Positions 34,250 to 43,689 of a DNA stretch of 64,000 nt are shown here, piece after piece. The position numbers and the translations under genes are program-made. Position 1 is the first letter of the stretch; the number at the start of each line of letters is the position of its first letter. The notes beneath the pieces were generated by a model that saw only the letters and a program-made list of their open reading frames with translations, was not told where the DNA came from and searched no databases. The DNA is from Alphaproteobacteria bacterium (GTDB lineage Bacteria; Pseudomonadota; Alphaproteobacteria; MPNO01), in assembly GCA_964291675.2 (NCBI GenBank), contig OZ219866.1:2688001-2752000 (forward strand). Reading direction: 5' to 3'.

Positions 34250-35176
34250 TCAGCCGCGATTTGCCAGCGGATGGTGCGCCTCGACCAGGCGCTGCAGCCG
34301 GTCGTCCACCAGATGGGTGTAGATCTCCGTGGTGGCGAGGTCGGCATGGCCGAGCATGCGCTGCACGCTCCTGAGATCGGCCTCGTTGGCAACCAGATGG
34401 GTGGCGAACGCATGGCGAAGTACATGCGGCGAGACGCGATTCGCGTCAAGGCCGCAGCTTCCGGCCAAAGCCTTGAGTTCGCGGGCGAAATGCGAACGGG
34501 TGAGGTGCCCCGCCCGGGATCTCGAGGGGAACAGGAACTTGGACGTCCCGGCGTCCGGCACGAATTTCAGGCGATGGGGGAGATAGGCCTTGAGCGCGGT
34601 CCGGGCCGGTTCGCCGATCGGCACCAGCCGCTCCTTGGCCCCCTTGCCGCGCACCGAGATCAACGCGTCCTCGCCGAGCAGCGCGCCGACCGGCAGGGAG
34701 ACCAGCTCGCTGACCCGAAGCCCGCTCGCATAGAGCAGCTCCAGCAAGGCGTGCAGCCGGAGTCCGCGAATGCCCGGACGCTCTTTCGCGGCGGCGATCA
34801 GGCGCCCGACCTCGTCCTCGTTCAGCAGCTTCGGGAGCGGCCGGCCCCGCCGCGGCGGGTCGATCCGCGACATCGGGTCATCCGTGCGCACCCCTTCGGC
34901 GATCAGGAACCCGAAGAGCTGGCGAATCGCCGCGATGCGCCGGGACGCGGTCCGCGCCGAGAGCCCCCGCGCGGAGAGGGATGCGAGATAGATCCTGAGA
35001 TGCCCGTCCGCGACATCGGCGAGCGCCGGGCGGGAGGGCAGGGTGGAGAGGAACCGGCTCAGATCCTCGGCATCCCGCCGGTAGGCGGCGATCGTGTTAT
35101 GCGCCGCGCCCCGTTCGGCGGCCATCATCTCGAGGAAGGACTCGACGTGGCGGGCGTCTCCGGCCATGGCCGTCAC
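34250..35176 (-). CDS. xerD: site-specific tyrosine recombinase XerD
   Basis: YASGLRVSEL, GKGAKERLVP, SPHVLRHAFATHL, LGHADLATTEIYTH; usual position upstream of accA. Confidence 0.92.
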   Translation of the reverse strand: MTAMAGDARHVESFLEMMAAERGAAHNTIAAYRRDAEDLSRFLSTLPSRPALADVADGHLRIYLASLSARGLSARTASRRIAAIRQLFGFLIAEGVRTDDPMSRIDPPRRGRPLPKLLNEDEVGRLIAAAKERPGIRGLRLHALLELLYASGLRVSELVSLPVGALLGEDALISVRGKGAKERLVPIGEPARTALKAYLPHRLKFVPDAGTSKFLFPSRSRAGHLTRSHFARELKALAGSCGLDANRVSPHVLRHAFATHLVANEADLRSVQRMLGHADLATTEIYTHLVDDRLQRLVEAHHPLANRG

Positions 35177-37038
35177 AACCGGTACGCCACGGCGGTCTCA
35201 AGCGCGAGCGACCTGGCCTCCGGATCGAGGCCGACCCGCCTCAGGCTCTCGACCACCAGCCGCATCGCCGCCGCTCCCGGCGTCTCGCCGTTGGCGCCGT
35301 TGAGGCCGAGCAGGGCGATCAGAACGGTCTCTCCCACCCGCCCGGCCGCCGAGGCTTCCTGGAGGGCGCGCCCCCAGGCGATGTCGGGCGCCGCCATGCG
35401 GGCCGGCGGTCCCGCCGCCAGCAAATCCGCCCAGCGCCCCGGGCCCGGCTCCGCGCCGAGCGCCTCGAGCAGGGAGAGAGCGACCACCTCCGCCTGGCGC
35501 GCGGTCTCCGCGTCGCCGCCATGGGCGCTGCGCCGCCATGCCGCCAGGGCGGTCTCGTCGACCGCCGCCGCGGTGTCCGGTGCGGCCAGGAGGCCGATCG
35601 CCCAGAGGCGGGACGAGGCTTCCCCGGCCACCGTGCCGGGCTCCGCTTCGCTCTCGGCGAGCCCCAGCCAGGCCCGTGCCTGTTCCACTTGGCCTGCCGT
35701 CAGCAGGGCCGACACCGCGTCGGGAGCGAACCAGGCCAGCGCGGGGTCCTGCGGAAGCGCCGCGAGGACCGGCACGCTCGCCGCGGCCACGACGTCGTAG
35801 CCGCCGTTCTCCTGGGCAAGCTCGAAGGCGTGTCTCAGGAGCCGGGCCTTCGCTTCCGCGCCGTCCGCGGCCGCCGCGCTGAGCAGCAGCAGGGCGCGGC
35901 CCCGCGGTCCCCATACGCCTGCCGCGGTCTTTGCCGGATCGGCGTGGGCGTCGTCGTCCCACTGCACCGCGGCGTAGAGCTCGTTCAGCCGGTCCGCGTC
36001 GATCGCGCCATAGACCAGCGCGCGCTCGCCCGCCGCGAGCCGCAGATCGAGCCCGGCGTTCGGGCTGGCGGCGACGCTGCGCAGCACCGCCGGGCGGTCC
36101 GAGCCCAGCACGTCGGCCGGAAGGCGCACATTGGCCGCGCGCATCATCGCCAAATCGAGCCCGGCGGGGTCGGGAAGGCTCTCGACGACCGCCGTCTCGC
36201 CGCCGTTGAGCGTCTCCACCAGCTCCGGGAAGAACGGCGCACTCTCGTCGCCGCGCTCGGCAAGGACATCCACGATGATGTCGGCCCGCGCGCCTTCGTC
36301 CGAGAGCAGCAGGCAGAACGCGAACGCCCGCTGCCAATAGGAGTCCTCGGAACGGCGGGCGACGTCGCGCACGCGCTGGCAGGCGCCGGAATTGTCGTTC
36401 AGCAGGAACAGCGCCTCAACGGCGCTGCGCGACAGGGTCTCCCCGGCCCGGTCGAGCGGAACCTGGTTCGCCAGGCGGCTCGCCGCTTCGGCCGCGCCGA
36501 GCTCCACCAGCCGCGCGACGCGCGAGGTCAGCATGTCGGGCCCGTTCGATTCGCCATGCGGCGCCTGCGCGCGGGTGGACAGCAGCCGTATGGCCAGCTT
36601 GCGGGCCGAGGCGGAGCGCGATTTCGCGGGCAGGCGGGCGAGGAGCTTCTCGATCAGGGAGCGCTTAGATCCGCGCCACAACGTGACGCCGAGCCCGCCC
36701 TCGTCCTTGTCGATGAGTCCGACCGATGCCGTATCGAGAACCTCGAGCGCGGTCGCCGTCACCGACCCGCCGTCCGGCGGCTCCGCCTCCCGCGCGGCGG
36801 CCGGCGGCGTACCGGTCTCGGGCGGCTTGACCGGCTCGGCGGAGGGCTCCTCGGAGCTCGCCGGCGGGATCAGGCGGACGGGCGCGCTCGGGCGTTCCGA
36901 CGAGTCGGTCTGGGCGAGGCGGAGCGGCCTGTCCCCGTCCCGCGCCGCGGCGCCGGGTGCGGTCGCCGCAAGGGCGAGGGTTGCGACCGCCGTGGCGGCG
37001 GCGAGCAATGCGACCGGTCTAGCGTGGCAACCGCGCAT
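35173..37038 (-). CDS. conserved exported hypothetical protein
   Basis: Signal-like N-terminus, Pro-rich linker, GLGVTLWRGS motif, C-terminal GRVGE...GLDPEARSLALE; sits upstream of xerD as in other alphaproteobacteria. Confidence 0.75.
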   Translation of the reverse strand: MRGCHARPVALLAAATAVATLALAATAPGAAARDGDRPLRLAQTDSSERPSAPVRLIPPASSEEPSAEPVKPPETGTPPAAAREAEPPDGGSVTATALEVLDTASVGLIDKDEGGLGVTLWRGSKRSLIEKLLARLPAKSRSASARKLAIRLLSTRAQAPHGESNGPDMLTSRVARLVELGAAEAASRLANQVPLDRAGETLSRSAVEALFLLNDNSGACQRVRDVARRSEDSYWQRAFAFCLLLSDEGARADIIVDVLAERGDESAPFFPELVETLNGGETAVVESLPDPAGLDLAMMRAANVRLPADVLGSDRPAVLRSVAASPNAGLDLRLAAGERALVYGAIDADRLNELYAAVQWDDDAHADPAKTAAGVWGPRGRALLLLSAAAADGAEAKARLLRHAFELAQENGGYDVVAAASVPVLAALPQDPALAWFAPDAVSALLTAGQVEQARAWLGLAESEAEPGTVAGEASSRLWAIGLLAAPDTAAAVDETALAAWRRSAHGGDAETARQAEVVALSLLEALGAEPGPGRWADLLAAGPPARMAAPDIAWGRALQEASAAGRVGETVLIALLGLNGANGETPGAAAMRLVVESLRRVGLDPEARSLALETAVAYRL

Positions 37039-37159
37039 CGGGGATGACCTTCTCCACCCTGGCCGTCGGCGGCGGGATATCGGAGAGCGCGAAATAGACG
37101 GCGCCCGCGACGACCGCCAGCACGGCAACGACAACCAACACGCGGGACAGCCTGTGCAT
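37019..37159 (-). CDS. small single-TM protein (46 aa)
   Basis: MHRLSRVLVVVAVLAVVAGAVYFALSDIPPPTARVEKVIPDARLPR; I recall this type of small gene divergent from aroK in alphaproteobacteria. Confidence 0.7.
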   Translation of the reverse strand: MHRLSRVLVVVAVLAVVAGAVYFALSDIPPPTARVEKVIPDARLPR

Positions 37160-37207
37160 GCGGCGACTCGACCCCAGAAGCGATGCCGGCGGAAACCCCT
37201 CCCGCCG

Positions 37208-37226
37208 CCGATGTCGGCGACATCGG
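37208..37226. repeat. perfect 9-1-9 inverted repeat in the divergent promoter region
   Basis: CCGATGTCG-G-CGACATCGG, with TATAAT at 37240-37245. Confidence 0.5.
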
Positions 37227-37341
37227 GTACCATCCATACTATAATTCGCCGGCTAATGTATGACTGTGGCAAATTTGCGGCGGGTCGCCTTCGCGGCGGG
37301 AAATCCCGCCGTGCAGCCGGGCTTGTCCAAGGGCGGTCGCC

Positions 37342-37908
37342 TTGAGCGAGCGAGAAACCCCCGGGATCTCGCGCTCCATCGTGCTCGTCGGTCTGATGGG
37401 GGCGGGCAAGACGTGCATCGGCCGCGAGCTCGCCAAGCTCTACGACCTGCCGTTCGTCGACGCCGACGACGAGATCGAGGCCGCCGCCGGCTGCGCGATC
37501 GAGGACATATTCGCCGTCTACGGCGAAGCGGAATTCCGCAGCGGCGAACGCCGGGTGATCGCGCGGCTGCTCGACCGGCCGACCCAGGTGCTGGCGACCG
37601 GCGGCGGCGCGTTCATGGATTCCGACACCAGGGCGGCGATCCGCGCCAAGGCGGTCTCGGTCTGGCTGCGCGCGGATGTCGAGCTGCTGCTGGGCCGGGT
37701 GGCGCGGCGCGACAATCGCCCGCTCCTGAAGCAGGACGACCCCCGCCGGGTTCTCGAGCGTCTGATGGCGGAGCGCTACCCGGTCTATGCACAAGCCGAC
37801 CTCGTGGTCGACACGACGGAGGAAAAGCCGCGGGCCACCGCAGCCCGCGTGGCCGCGGCGATCGACGCATTCCTGGCCGGAGAACGGACGGCGCAACCGG
37901 CGATATGA
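37342..37908 (+). CDS. aroK: shikimate kinase
   Basis: GLMGAGKT, FVDADDEIE, LATGGGA, RPLL. Confidence 0.95.
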   Translation: MSERETPGISRSIVLVGLMGAGKTCIGRELAKLYDLPFVDADDEIEAAAGCAIEDIFAVYGEAEFRSGERRVIARLLDRPTQVLATGGGAFMDSDTRAAIRAKAVSVWLRADVELLLGRVARRDNRPLLKQDDPRRVLERLMAERYPVYAQADLVVDTTEEKPRATAARVAAAIDAFLAGERTAQPAI

Positions 37909-39014
37909 GCCAGACCCTGCGAGTCGAACTCGGCGAGCGCTCCTATGACATCGTCGTCGGCGACGGGCTGATCGACCGGGCCGGCGCGCATCTCGCGCCG
38001 CTCGCCGGACCGCGCCCGTTGCTCGTGGTCACCGACGAGACCGTTGCCTCGCTTCATCTCGGCCGGCTCGAAGCCTCGCTCGATGCCGCCGGTCTCGCAT
38101 GCCATCGCTTCGTCCTGCCCGACGGCGAGGCGAGCAAGAGCTTTGCGCAGCTCCAGGATCTGCTTGAAGGAATCCTGGAGACCCGGCCCGAACGGTCGTC
38201 GGTCGTGGTGGCGCTCGGCGGCGGCGTGGTCGGCGACCTCGCCGGCGTTGCCGCGAGCCTCGCGCTGCGCGGCCTCGGATTCGTGCAGATCCCCACCACG
38301 CTGCTCGCCCAGGTGGACAGCGCCGTTGGCGGCAAGACGGCGATCAACAGCGGCTACGGCAAGAACCTCGTCGGCGCGTTCCACCAGCCGAAGCTGGTGC
38401 TCTCCGACACCGGGACCCTCGACACGCTGCCCAGGCGCGAGCGTCTCGCCGGCTACGCCGAGGTGGTGAAATACGGGCTGCTCGGCGACCGTGCCTTCTT
38501 CGAATGGCTGGAGGACCAGGGCGGCGCGGTGATCGACGGCGGGGGCGAGGCCCGCGGCTACGCGGTGCGCAAGAGCTGCGCCGCCAAGGCCGCCATCGTC
38601 GCCGCCGACGAGACCGAGCAAGGGGTGCGCGCGCTGCTCAATCTCGGCCACACCTTCGGCCACGCGCTCGAGGCGCGGGCGCGCTATGACGGGGCGGTGC
38701 TGCATGGCGAGGCGGTCGCTGTCGGTCTGGTCCTCGCCTTCGCCCTGTCGGCCGAGCTCGGGCTCTGCGGGCACGACGACGCGGCGCGGGTGCGGCGCCA
38801 TCTGCGGGCGGTGGGGCTGCCCGCGGCGGTGGCCGAGCTCGGCGCCGAGCTCGGCGGCGCGGACGACCTGATCGCCGCGATGGGGCGCGACAAGAAGGTT
38901 CGTTCCGGCGAGCTCAACTTCGTCCTGGCGCGCGGGATCGGCGACGCGTTCATCGCTTCCGGGATCGACCGTTCCGCGCTGGAGACCGTCCTCGCGCGCG
39001 AGTTCGCCGCATGA
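37905..39014 (+). CDS. aroB: 3-dehydroquinate synthase
   Basis: GGGVVGDLAG, PTTLLAQVDSAVGGKT, LNLGHTFGHALE, LHGEAV. Confidence 0.96.
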   Translation: MSQTLRVELGERSYDIVVGDGLIDRAGAHLAPLAGPRPLLVVTDETVASLHLGRLEASLDAAGLACHRFVLPDGEASKSFAQLQDLLEGILETRPERSSVVVALGGGVVGDLAGVAASLALRGLGFVQIPTTLLAQVDSAVGGKTAINSGYGKNLVGAFHQPKLVLSDTGTLDTLPRRERLAGYAEVVKYGLLGDRAFFEWLEDQGGAVIDGGGEARGYAVRKSCAAKAAIVAADETEQGVRALLNLGHTFGHALEARARYDGAVLHGEAVAVGLVLAFALSAELGLCGHDDAARVRRHLRAVGLPAAVAELGAELGGADDLIAAMGRDKKVRSGELNFVLARGIGDAFIASGIDRSALETVLAREFAA

Positions 39015-40324
39015 CCATCGCGCTGGTCGCCACGCTCGCGGGCATTGCCGTTCTGATCCTGCTGTCCGCCTTCTTTTCCGGCTCCGAGACCGCGCTCACC
39101 GCCGCCTCGCACCCGCGCATGCACCAGCTCGAGCGCAAGGGCGAGCGGCGGGCGGGCATCGTCAACCGGCTGCGCCAGCGCAAGGAGCGGATGATCGGTG
39201 CCATCCTGCTCGGCAACAATTTGGTCAACATCCTCGCCTCGGCGCTGGCCACCAGCGTGCTGATCTCGGCGGTCGGCGAGACCGGGGTGGTCTACGCCAC
39301 GATCGCGATGACGCTGCTGGTGCTGGTCTTCGGCGAGATCCTTCCCAAGACCTTCGCGTTTCAGAACCCGGACCGCGTGGCGCTGCTGATCGCCCCGGTG
39401 TTCCGGGTGCTGGTGGCGGTGCTGGGTCCGATCACCGACGGCTTCCAGATCGTCGTCCGCGGGCTGCTCGGCCTGTTCAGGGTCTACTCCCGCGGCGGCG
39501 AGGAGCGCGCCCGGGCGCTGGAGGAGCTGCGCGGCGCGATCGAGCTCCACCCGGGCAGCGGCAGCTCCGCCGACCAGGAACGGGCGATGCTGCGCAGCAT
39601 CCTCGACCTCAACGATGTCGAGGTCGAGATGGTGATGCGCCACCGCATGGACGTGGTCGCGCTCGACGCCGACCAGCCGGCGTCGGAGATCGTCGACCAG
39701 GCGCTCGGCAGCCCGCATACCCGCATCCCGCTGTGGCGCGACAACCCCGACAACGTGGTCGGCGTATTGCACGCCCGGGAGCTCGCCCGCGCCATGCGCG
39801 CCCATGCCGGCGACCTCGATTCGCTGGAGATCGACCGCATCTGCGCAAAGCCCTGGTTCGTGCCGGAGACCACCACGCTGCTCGACCAGCTCCAGGCCTT
39901 CCGGCGGCGGCACGAGCACTTCGCGCTGGTGGTCGACGAGTACGGCGCCCTGATGGGGATCATCACGCTGGAGGACATCATCGAGGAGATCGTGGGCGAG
40001 ATCTCCGACGAACACGACGTCGTCCCGATCGGCGTCCGGCGGCAGCGCGACGGCGCCTATCTGATCGACGGGGCGGTGACCGTGCGCGACCTCAACCGGC
40101 GTTTCGACTGGGAGCTGCCCGACCAGGAGGCGGCGACCATCGCGGGCCTGGTCATCCACGAGGCCAGGATCATCCCCGAGATCGGCCAGATCTTCGTGTT
40201 CCACGGCTTCCGCTTCGAGGTCATGCGGCGCGAGCGCAACCAGCTCACCCAGATCCGCGTCTCGCGCGCCGATGGCGGGGCGCAGGAAACCCCGCCCGCG
40301 CAACAGGCCGCGCCCGCGGGTTGA
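39011..40324 (+). CDS. HlyC/CorC (CNNM) family membrane protein with CBS domains
   Basis: SAFFSGSETA, GNNLVNI, FGEILPK, CBS pair, VDEYG...LEDIIEEIVGEI, CorC C-terminal domain. Confidence 0.92.
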   Translation: MTIALVATLAGIAVLILLSAFFSGSETALTAASHPRMHQLERKGERRAGIVNRLRQRKERMIGAILLGNNLVNILASALATSVLISAVGETGVVYATIAMTLLVLVFGEILPKTFAFQNPDRVALLIAPVFRVLVAVLGPITDGFQIVVRGLLGLFRVYSRGGEERARALEELRGAIELHPGSGSSADQERAMLRSILDLNDVEVEMVMRHRMDVVALDADQPASEIVDQALGSPHTRIPLWRDNPDNVVGVLHARELARAMRAHAGDLDSLEIDRICAKPWFVPETTTLLDQLQAFRRRHEHFALVVDEYGALMGIITLEDIIEEIVGEISDEHDVVPIGVRRQRDGAYLIDGAVTVRDLNRRFDWELPDQEAATIAGLVIHEARIIPEIGQIFVFHGFRFEVMRRERNQLTQIRVSRADGGAQETPPAQQAAPAG

Positions 40325-40327
40325 CGC

Positions 40328-40441
40328 GGGCGCCTCTGGAGCGTCCATCCGGAGCACCTCGATTCGCGGGGTCTGGCGGCGCTGTGGCGCGAGGCCCTGC
40401 TCGCCCGGGCGGTGCTGCGCGGCGCAACGAGGGGATACCGG
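40328..40441 (+). pseudogene. remnant of a pyrimidine-dimer DNA glycosylase / endonuclease V family gene
   Basis: Translates as (G)RLWSVHPEHLDSRGLAALWREALLARAVLRGATRGYR, resembling the family N-terminus MRLWSLHPxYLDxxGLVALWREALLAQAVL.G.T.GY. GGG sits where the start codon is expected, and similarity is lost after GYR. Confidence 0.7.
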
Positions 40442-40543
40442 ATCGGGTTGCCATGGCTACGGGAGAACGGAACGCGGCCGGGCGTCGGCCGCGCCGTGCC
40501 GTGGCGGGCGCCCCCGGACCGTCGGACGAGCGCGCGCGGACCG

Positions 40544-41068
40544 CTACCCCGGTTCGAAGCCCTCCGGCAGCCGCCACTCCGAGTAGGCGATCGCGTCGAT
40601 GTCGACGGTTATCCCGTGGCCGCGCGCGGGGCCCCGCGGCAGGTCGGCCGCGCCCGCATAGCCCTCGTGGCAGAACAGCTCGATCACGTTGCCCGAGGGA
40701 TCGCGGAAGAACATCAGCGCCTCGATGCCCTGGCGCGTCCACAGATTCGTGGTCGGAATGCCGCAGGCGGCGAGCCAGTTCTGCATCGCGATCAGCGAGT
40801 CCGCATTGCAGGCGAACCCCAGATGGGGGTATTCGGCGCCCGGCTCGATAAAGCTGCAGCCCGCCGACCCGATCCCGATACGCGCGCCGCAGATGTCGAA
40901 CAACGCAAACGCGTCTTCCCTGACCAGCATCTCGCCGCCCAGCACGTCGCGGTAGAAGCGGATCCCCTCGTCGAGGTCGCGGCACGGAACGCTGACATGG
41001 TCGATTCCGTCGAAGCGCGGCGGGCCGGCGACGCCGGCGCCTCGCTCGGCGACTGCGATCTCGGCCAT
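40544..41068 (-). CDS. VOC (glyoxalase/bleomycin resistance/dioxygenase) family protein
   Basis: IDHVSV...FYRDVLG, PHLGF, FFRDPSGNVIEL (His/His/Glu metal triad). Confidence 0.85.
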   Translation of the reverse strand: MAEIAVAERGAGVAGPPRFDGIDHVSVPCRDLDEGIRFYRDVLGGEMLVREDAFALFDICGARIGIGSAGCSFIEPGAEYPHLGFACNADSLIAMQNWLAACGIPTTNLWTRQGIEALMFFRDPSGNVIELFCHEGYAGAADLPRGPARGHGITVDIDAIAYSEWRLPEGFEPG

Positions 41069-41148
41069 TCGACCCTCCCTTCGGTTTTCGAGGCCGGGAT
41101 GGTAGGACAGTTCCCGCCACCAACAAAGCGGTTGTACCGACAGTGCCG

Positions 41149-42090
41149 ATGCCCGAGCCCAAGCCTTCCGTCGTCTCCCTGCGCGGCGTGAGCAAGCGCT
41201 ACGGCCGGCGTCTGGCCGTCGACGGGCTCGACCTCGACGTTCCGGCCGGGCAGTGCTTCGGCCTGCTCGGCCCCAACGGCGCCGGCAAGACGACGACGCT
41301 GAGGATGATCTACGGCGCCGCCCGGCCGAGCGCCGGCACGGTCTCGGTGTTCGGCCGCGACGTGGCGCGGCACGGCCGCGCGGTGCGCGCGCAGCTCGGC
41401 GTGACGCTGCAGGACAACGTGCTGATCGAGACCGCGACCGCGCGCGAGAACATGGAGATCTTCGGGCGCCACTATCTGCTGGACGCCGAGACCATCGCGC
41501 GGCGCGTCGGCACGCTGGTCGAGTTCCTCCAGCTCGGCGCCCACGCCGACATGGTCGTGCGGCGCCTGTCGGGCGGGTTCAAGCGGCGCCTCGCGGTTGC
41601 GCTCTCGCTGATGAACATGCCCGAGCTGCTGATTCTCGACGAGCCCACCACCGGGCTCGACCCCAATGTCCGCCAGGGGCTGTGGTCGCGCGTCCGCGCG
41701 CTCCGCGCGGCCGGCACCACGGTGCTGCTGACCACCCATTACATGGACGAGGCGGAGCGGCTGTGCGACCGGGTGGTGATCATGGCCGCCGGGAGGGCGA
41801 TCGCCGACGACGCCCCGGCCGCGCTGATCGCCACGCATCTCGCGCGCGAGGCCATCGAGTTCGACTGCGACGAGGTGGAGGGGGGGCGGTTCCTCGCCGG
41901 CCTCGCCGATGCCGTGCCGTATCTCCGCGCCGGCAACCGGCTGATGGCCTTCGCCGACGATGCCGGGCGGCTGCAGGAGGCGCTGCGCGCGCTCGACGGC
42001 GGCGACAGGAGACCCATCGTCCTCCGCCCGGCCAATCTGGAGGACGTGTTCCTCTCGCTCAGCGGCACCAGGCTGGACGAGGAGGGCTGA
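41149..42090 (+). CDS. ABC-2 type exporter ATP-binding subunit (NodI-like)
   Basis: CFGLLGPNGAGKTT, LSGGFKRRL, LDEPTTGLDP, LTTHYMDEAERLCDR, RPANLEDVFL. Confidence 0.9.
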   Translation: MPEPKPSVVSLRGVSKRYGRRLAVDGLDLDVPAGQCFGLLGPNGAGKTTTLRMIYGAARPSAGTVSVFGRDVARHGRAVRAQLGVTLQDNVLIETATARENMEIFGRHYLLDAETIARRVGTLVEFLQLGAHADMVVRRLSGGFKRRLAVALSLMNMPELLILDEPTTGLDPNVRQGLWSRVRALRAAGTTVLLTTHYMDEAERLCDRVVIMAAGRAIADDAPAALIATHLAREAIEFDCDEVEGGRFLAGLADAVPYLRAGNRLMAFADDAGRLQEALRALDGGDRRPIVLRPANLEDVFLSLSGTRLDEEG

Positions 42091-42091
42091 A

Positions 42092-42859
42092 TTGGACGTC
42101 TCCCCGCGCCACGCCTGGTCGGTCTGGCGCCGCAACGCGACGCTCTATCGGCGCACCTGGAAGTTCAACATCCTGCCGAATTTCTTCGAGCCGGTGTTCT
42201 ACCTGACGGCGATCGGCATCGGCGTCGGCGCCTATATCTCCGAGATCGGCGGGATGCGCTATATCGAGTTCCTGACGCCCGGGTTGCTGGCGGTCGCGGC
42301 GATGCATGGCGCGAGCTTCGAGGTGACCTACAACGTCTATGTCCGAATCCATTTCGAGAAGGCGTATGACGGCATGCTGACCACACCGGTCGGGCCGGAC
42401 GACATCCTGATCGGCGAGGTCCTGTGGTCGATGACCCGCTCGCTGATCTATGGCGGCGGGTTCTTCGTGGTGGCGACGCTGTTCGGGCTGGTGCCGTTTC
42501 CGGGCGGGCTCGCGGCGCTGGCGGTGATTCCGCTCGCGGGCCTGCTGTTCGCCGCAATCGGCCTCGCCTTCACCATGCGCATCCCCTTCATCGACCTGTT
42601 CAGCTTCTACTTCACCCTGTTCCTCACGCCGCTCTTCCTGTTCTCGGACGTCTTCTTCCCGATCCGCGAACGTCTGCCCGGGGCGTGGCTGATCGTGGCC
42701 GAGGCGCTGCCGCTGCTGCACCCGGTGCGGCTCGCCCGCTCGGCCTTCCAGGGCGAGTGGGGCTGGGTCGCGCTGTGGGATGTGGGCTACATCCTGGTGG
42801 TCTCCGCGCTGCTGCTCGACTTCGCCCGCCGCGGGGTGGCGAAGCGCCTGATGAACTGA
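42092..42859 (+). CDS. ABC-2 type exporter permease (NodJ-like)
   Basis: TTG start; VWRRN, EPVFYL..IGIGVG, Y.EFL.PGL, TPLFLFS.VFFP, LPLLHPV. Confidence 0.88.
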   Translation: MDVSPRHAWSVWRRNATLYRRTWKFNILPNFFEPVFYLTAIGIGVGAYISEIGGMRYIEFLTPGLLAVAAMHGASFEVTYNVYVRIHFEKAYDGMLTTPVGPDDILIGEVLWSMTRSLIYGGGFFVVATLFGLVPFPGGLAALAVIPLAGLLFAAIGLAFTMRIPFIDLFSFYFTLFLTPLFLFSDVFFPIRERLPGAWLIVAEALPLLHPVRLARSAFQGEWGWVALWDVGYILVVSALLLDFARRGVAKRLMN

Positions 42860-42929
42860 CCGGGCGCGCCGATTGCCGGGCACAGCGGCGGCGTGTAGCA
42901 TCCGCGCGCCCCAACGCGGAGGGAGAGAC

Positions 42930-43673
42930 ATGGACGGCACCACCAGCGGGATCGGCGCGAAGGTCGTCGCCCTCCGGGAGACCTGGCACACCAAGAAGCA
43001 CCCGTTCTTCCAGGCGATGACCGACGGGTCGCTGCCGCTCAAGGCGCTCGGGATCTACATGGCGAACCACTACAAGTTCGTCGAACAGGCGCTGCCGTCC
43101 TTCGGCCTGCTGCTCTACCGCGCGCCCAAGGACGTCGTCCAGTCGCTGGTCGAGAACCTGGCCGAGGAAGAGGGGCTGATCGCCTCCCCCGGCGAGGACA
43201 AGCAGCCGCACGACCACACCGAGATGATCTTCGACTTCTGCAACGCGGCCGGGCTCGCCACCGAAGAGGTCAGGAAGCTGAAGATGGGTCCCGCCTGGTG
43301 GGGGCGTACCCTGCACTACGTCCACTGCCTGCGCGACGAGCCGGTGGGCGTGGCGCTCGCCATGCAGTCGACCCAGGAGGGCCAGCAGGTCGCGCTCAAC
43401 ACCGAGATCACCATCCCTTCCTTGGCGAAGCATTACGGCTACGGAGCGGATGCGAAGGAGATCGCCTTCTTCGTCGAGCACGCCGAGGCGGACCTCGAGC
43501 ATTCCAACCGCCAGATGGCGCTCTGCGAGAAATACGTCACGCCCGAGCTGGAGGCGCGCACGCTGGAGGTCTGCGAGGAGGCGGTCCGGCTGCGCTGGGC
43601 GTCGATTACCGAGATCTACCGCGAGCACGTGCTCAACGAGGCCGGGATCCTGCCCCCCGGCGTCGCCGCCTGA
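42930..43673 (+). CDS. heme-oxygenase-like diiron oxidase (CADD/PqqC/TenA superfamily)
   Basis: HPFF, ENLAEEEG, HDH, QEGQ, FFVEHAEADLEH (HxxxDxxH); RBS GGAGGGAGAG. Confidence 0.8.
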   Translation: MDGTTSGIGAKVVALRETWHTKKHPFFQAMTDGSLPLKALGIYMANHYKFVEQALPSFGLLLYRAPKDVVQSLVENLAEEEGLIASPGEDKQPHDHTEMIFDFCNAAGLATEEVRKLKMGPAWWGRTLHYVHCLRDEPVGVALAMQSTQEGQQVALNTEITIPSLAKHYGYGADAKEIAFFVEHAEADLEHSNRQMALCEKYVTPELEARTLEVCEEAVRLRWASITEIYREHVLNEAGILPPGVAA

Positions 43674-43689
43674 ACCTGCCGGGGTCCGG

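Noticed and set aside
34250-35176. Tyrosine recombinase as a possible integrase or mobile element
   Set aside because: Sequence and position next to accA fit chromosomal XerD; no att repeats, tRNA target or phage/ICE genes are nearby.
40322-40324. corC TGA followed by in-frame coding-like sequence as a second Sec or read-through site
   Set aside because: CorC is complete before the TGA, the position is not a Cys/redox site, and the downstream frame is better explained as a degraded separate gene.
41149-42859. NodI/NodJ similarity as evidence for nodulation
   Set aside because: No nodABC genes are in the window, and NodIJ-like ABC-2 exporters are widespread in non-nodulating bacteria.
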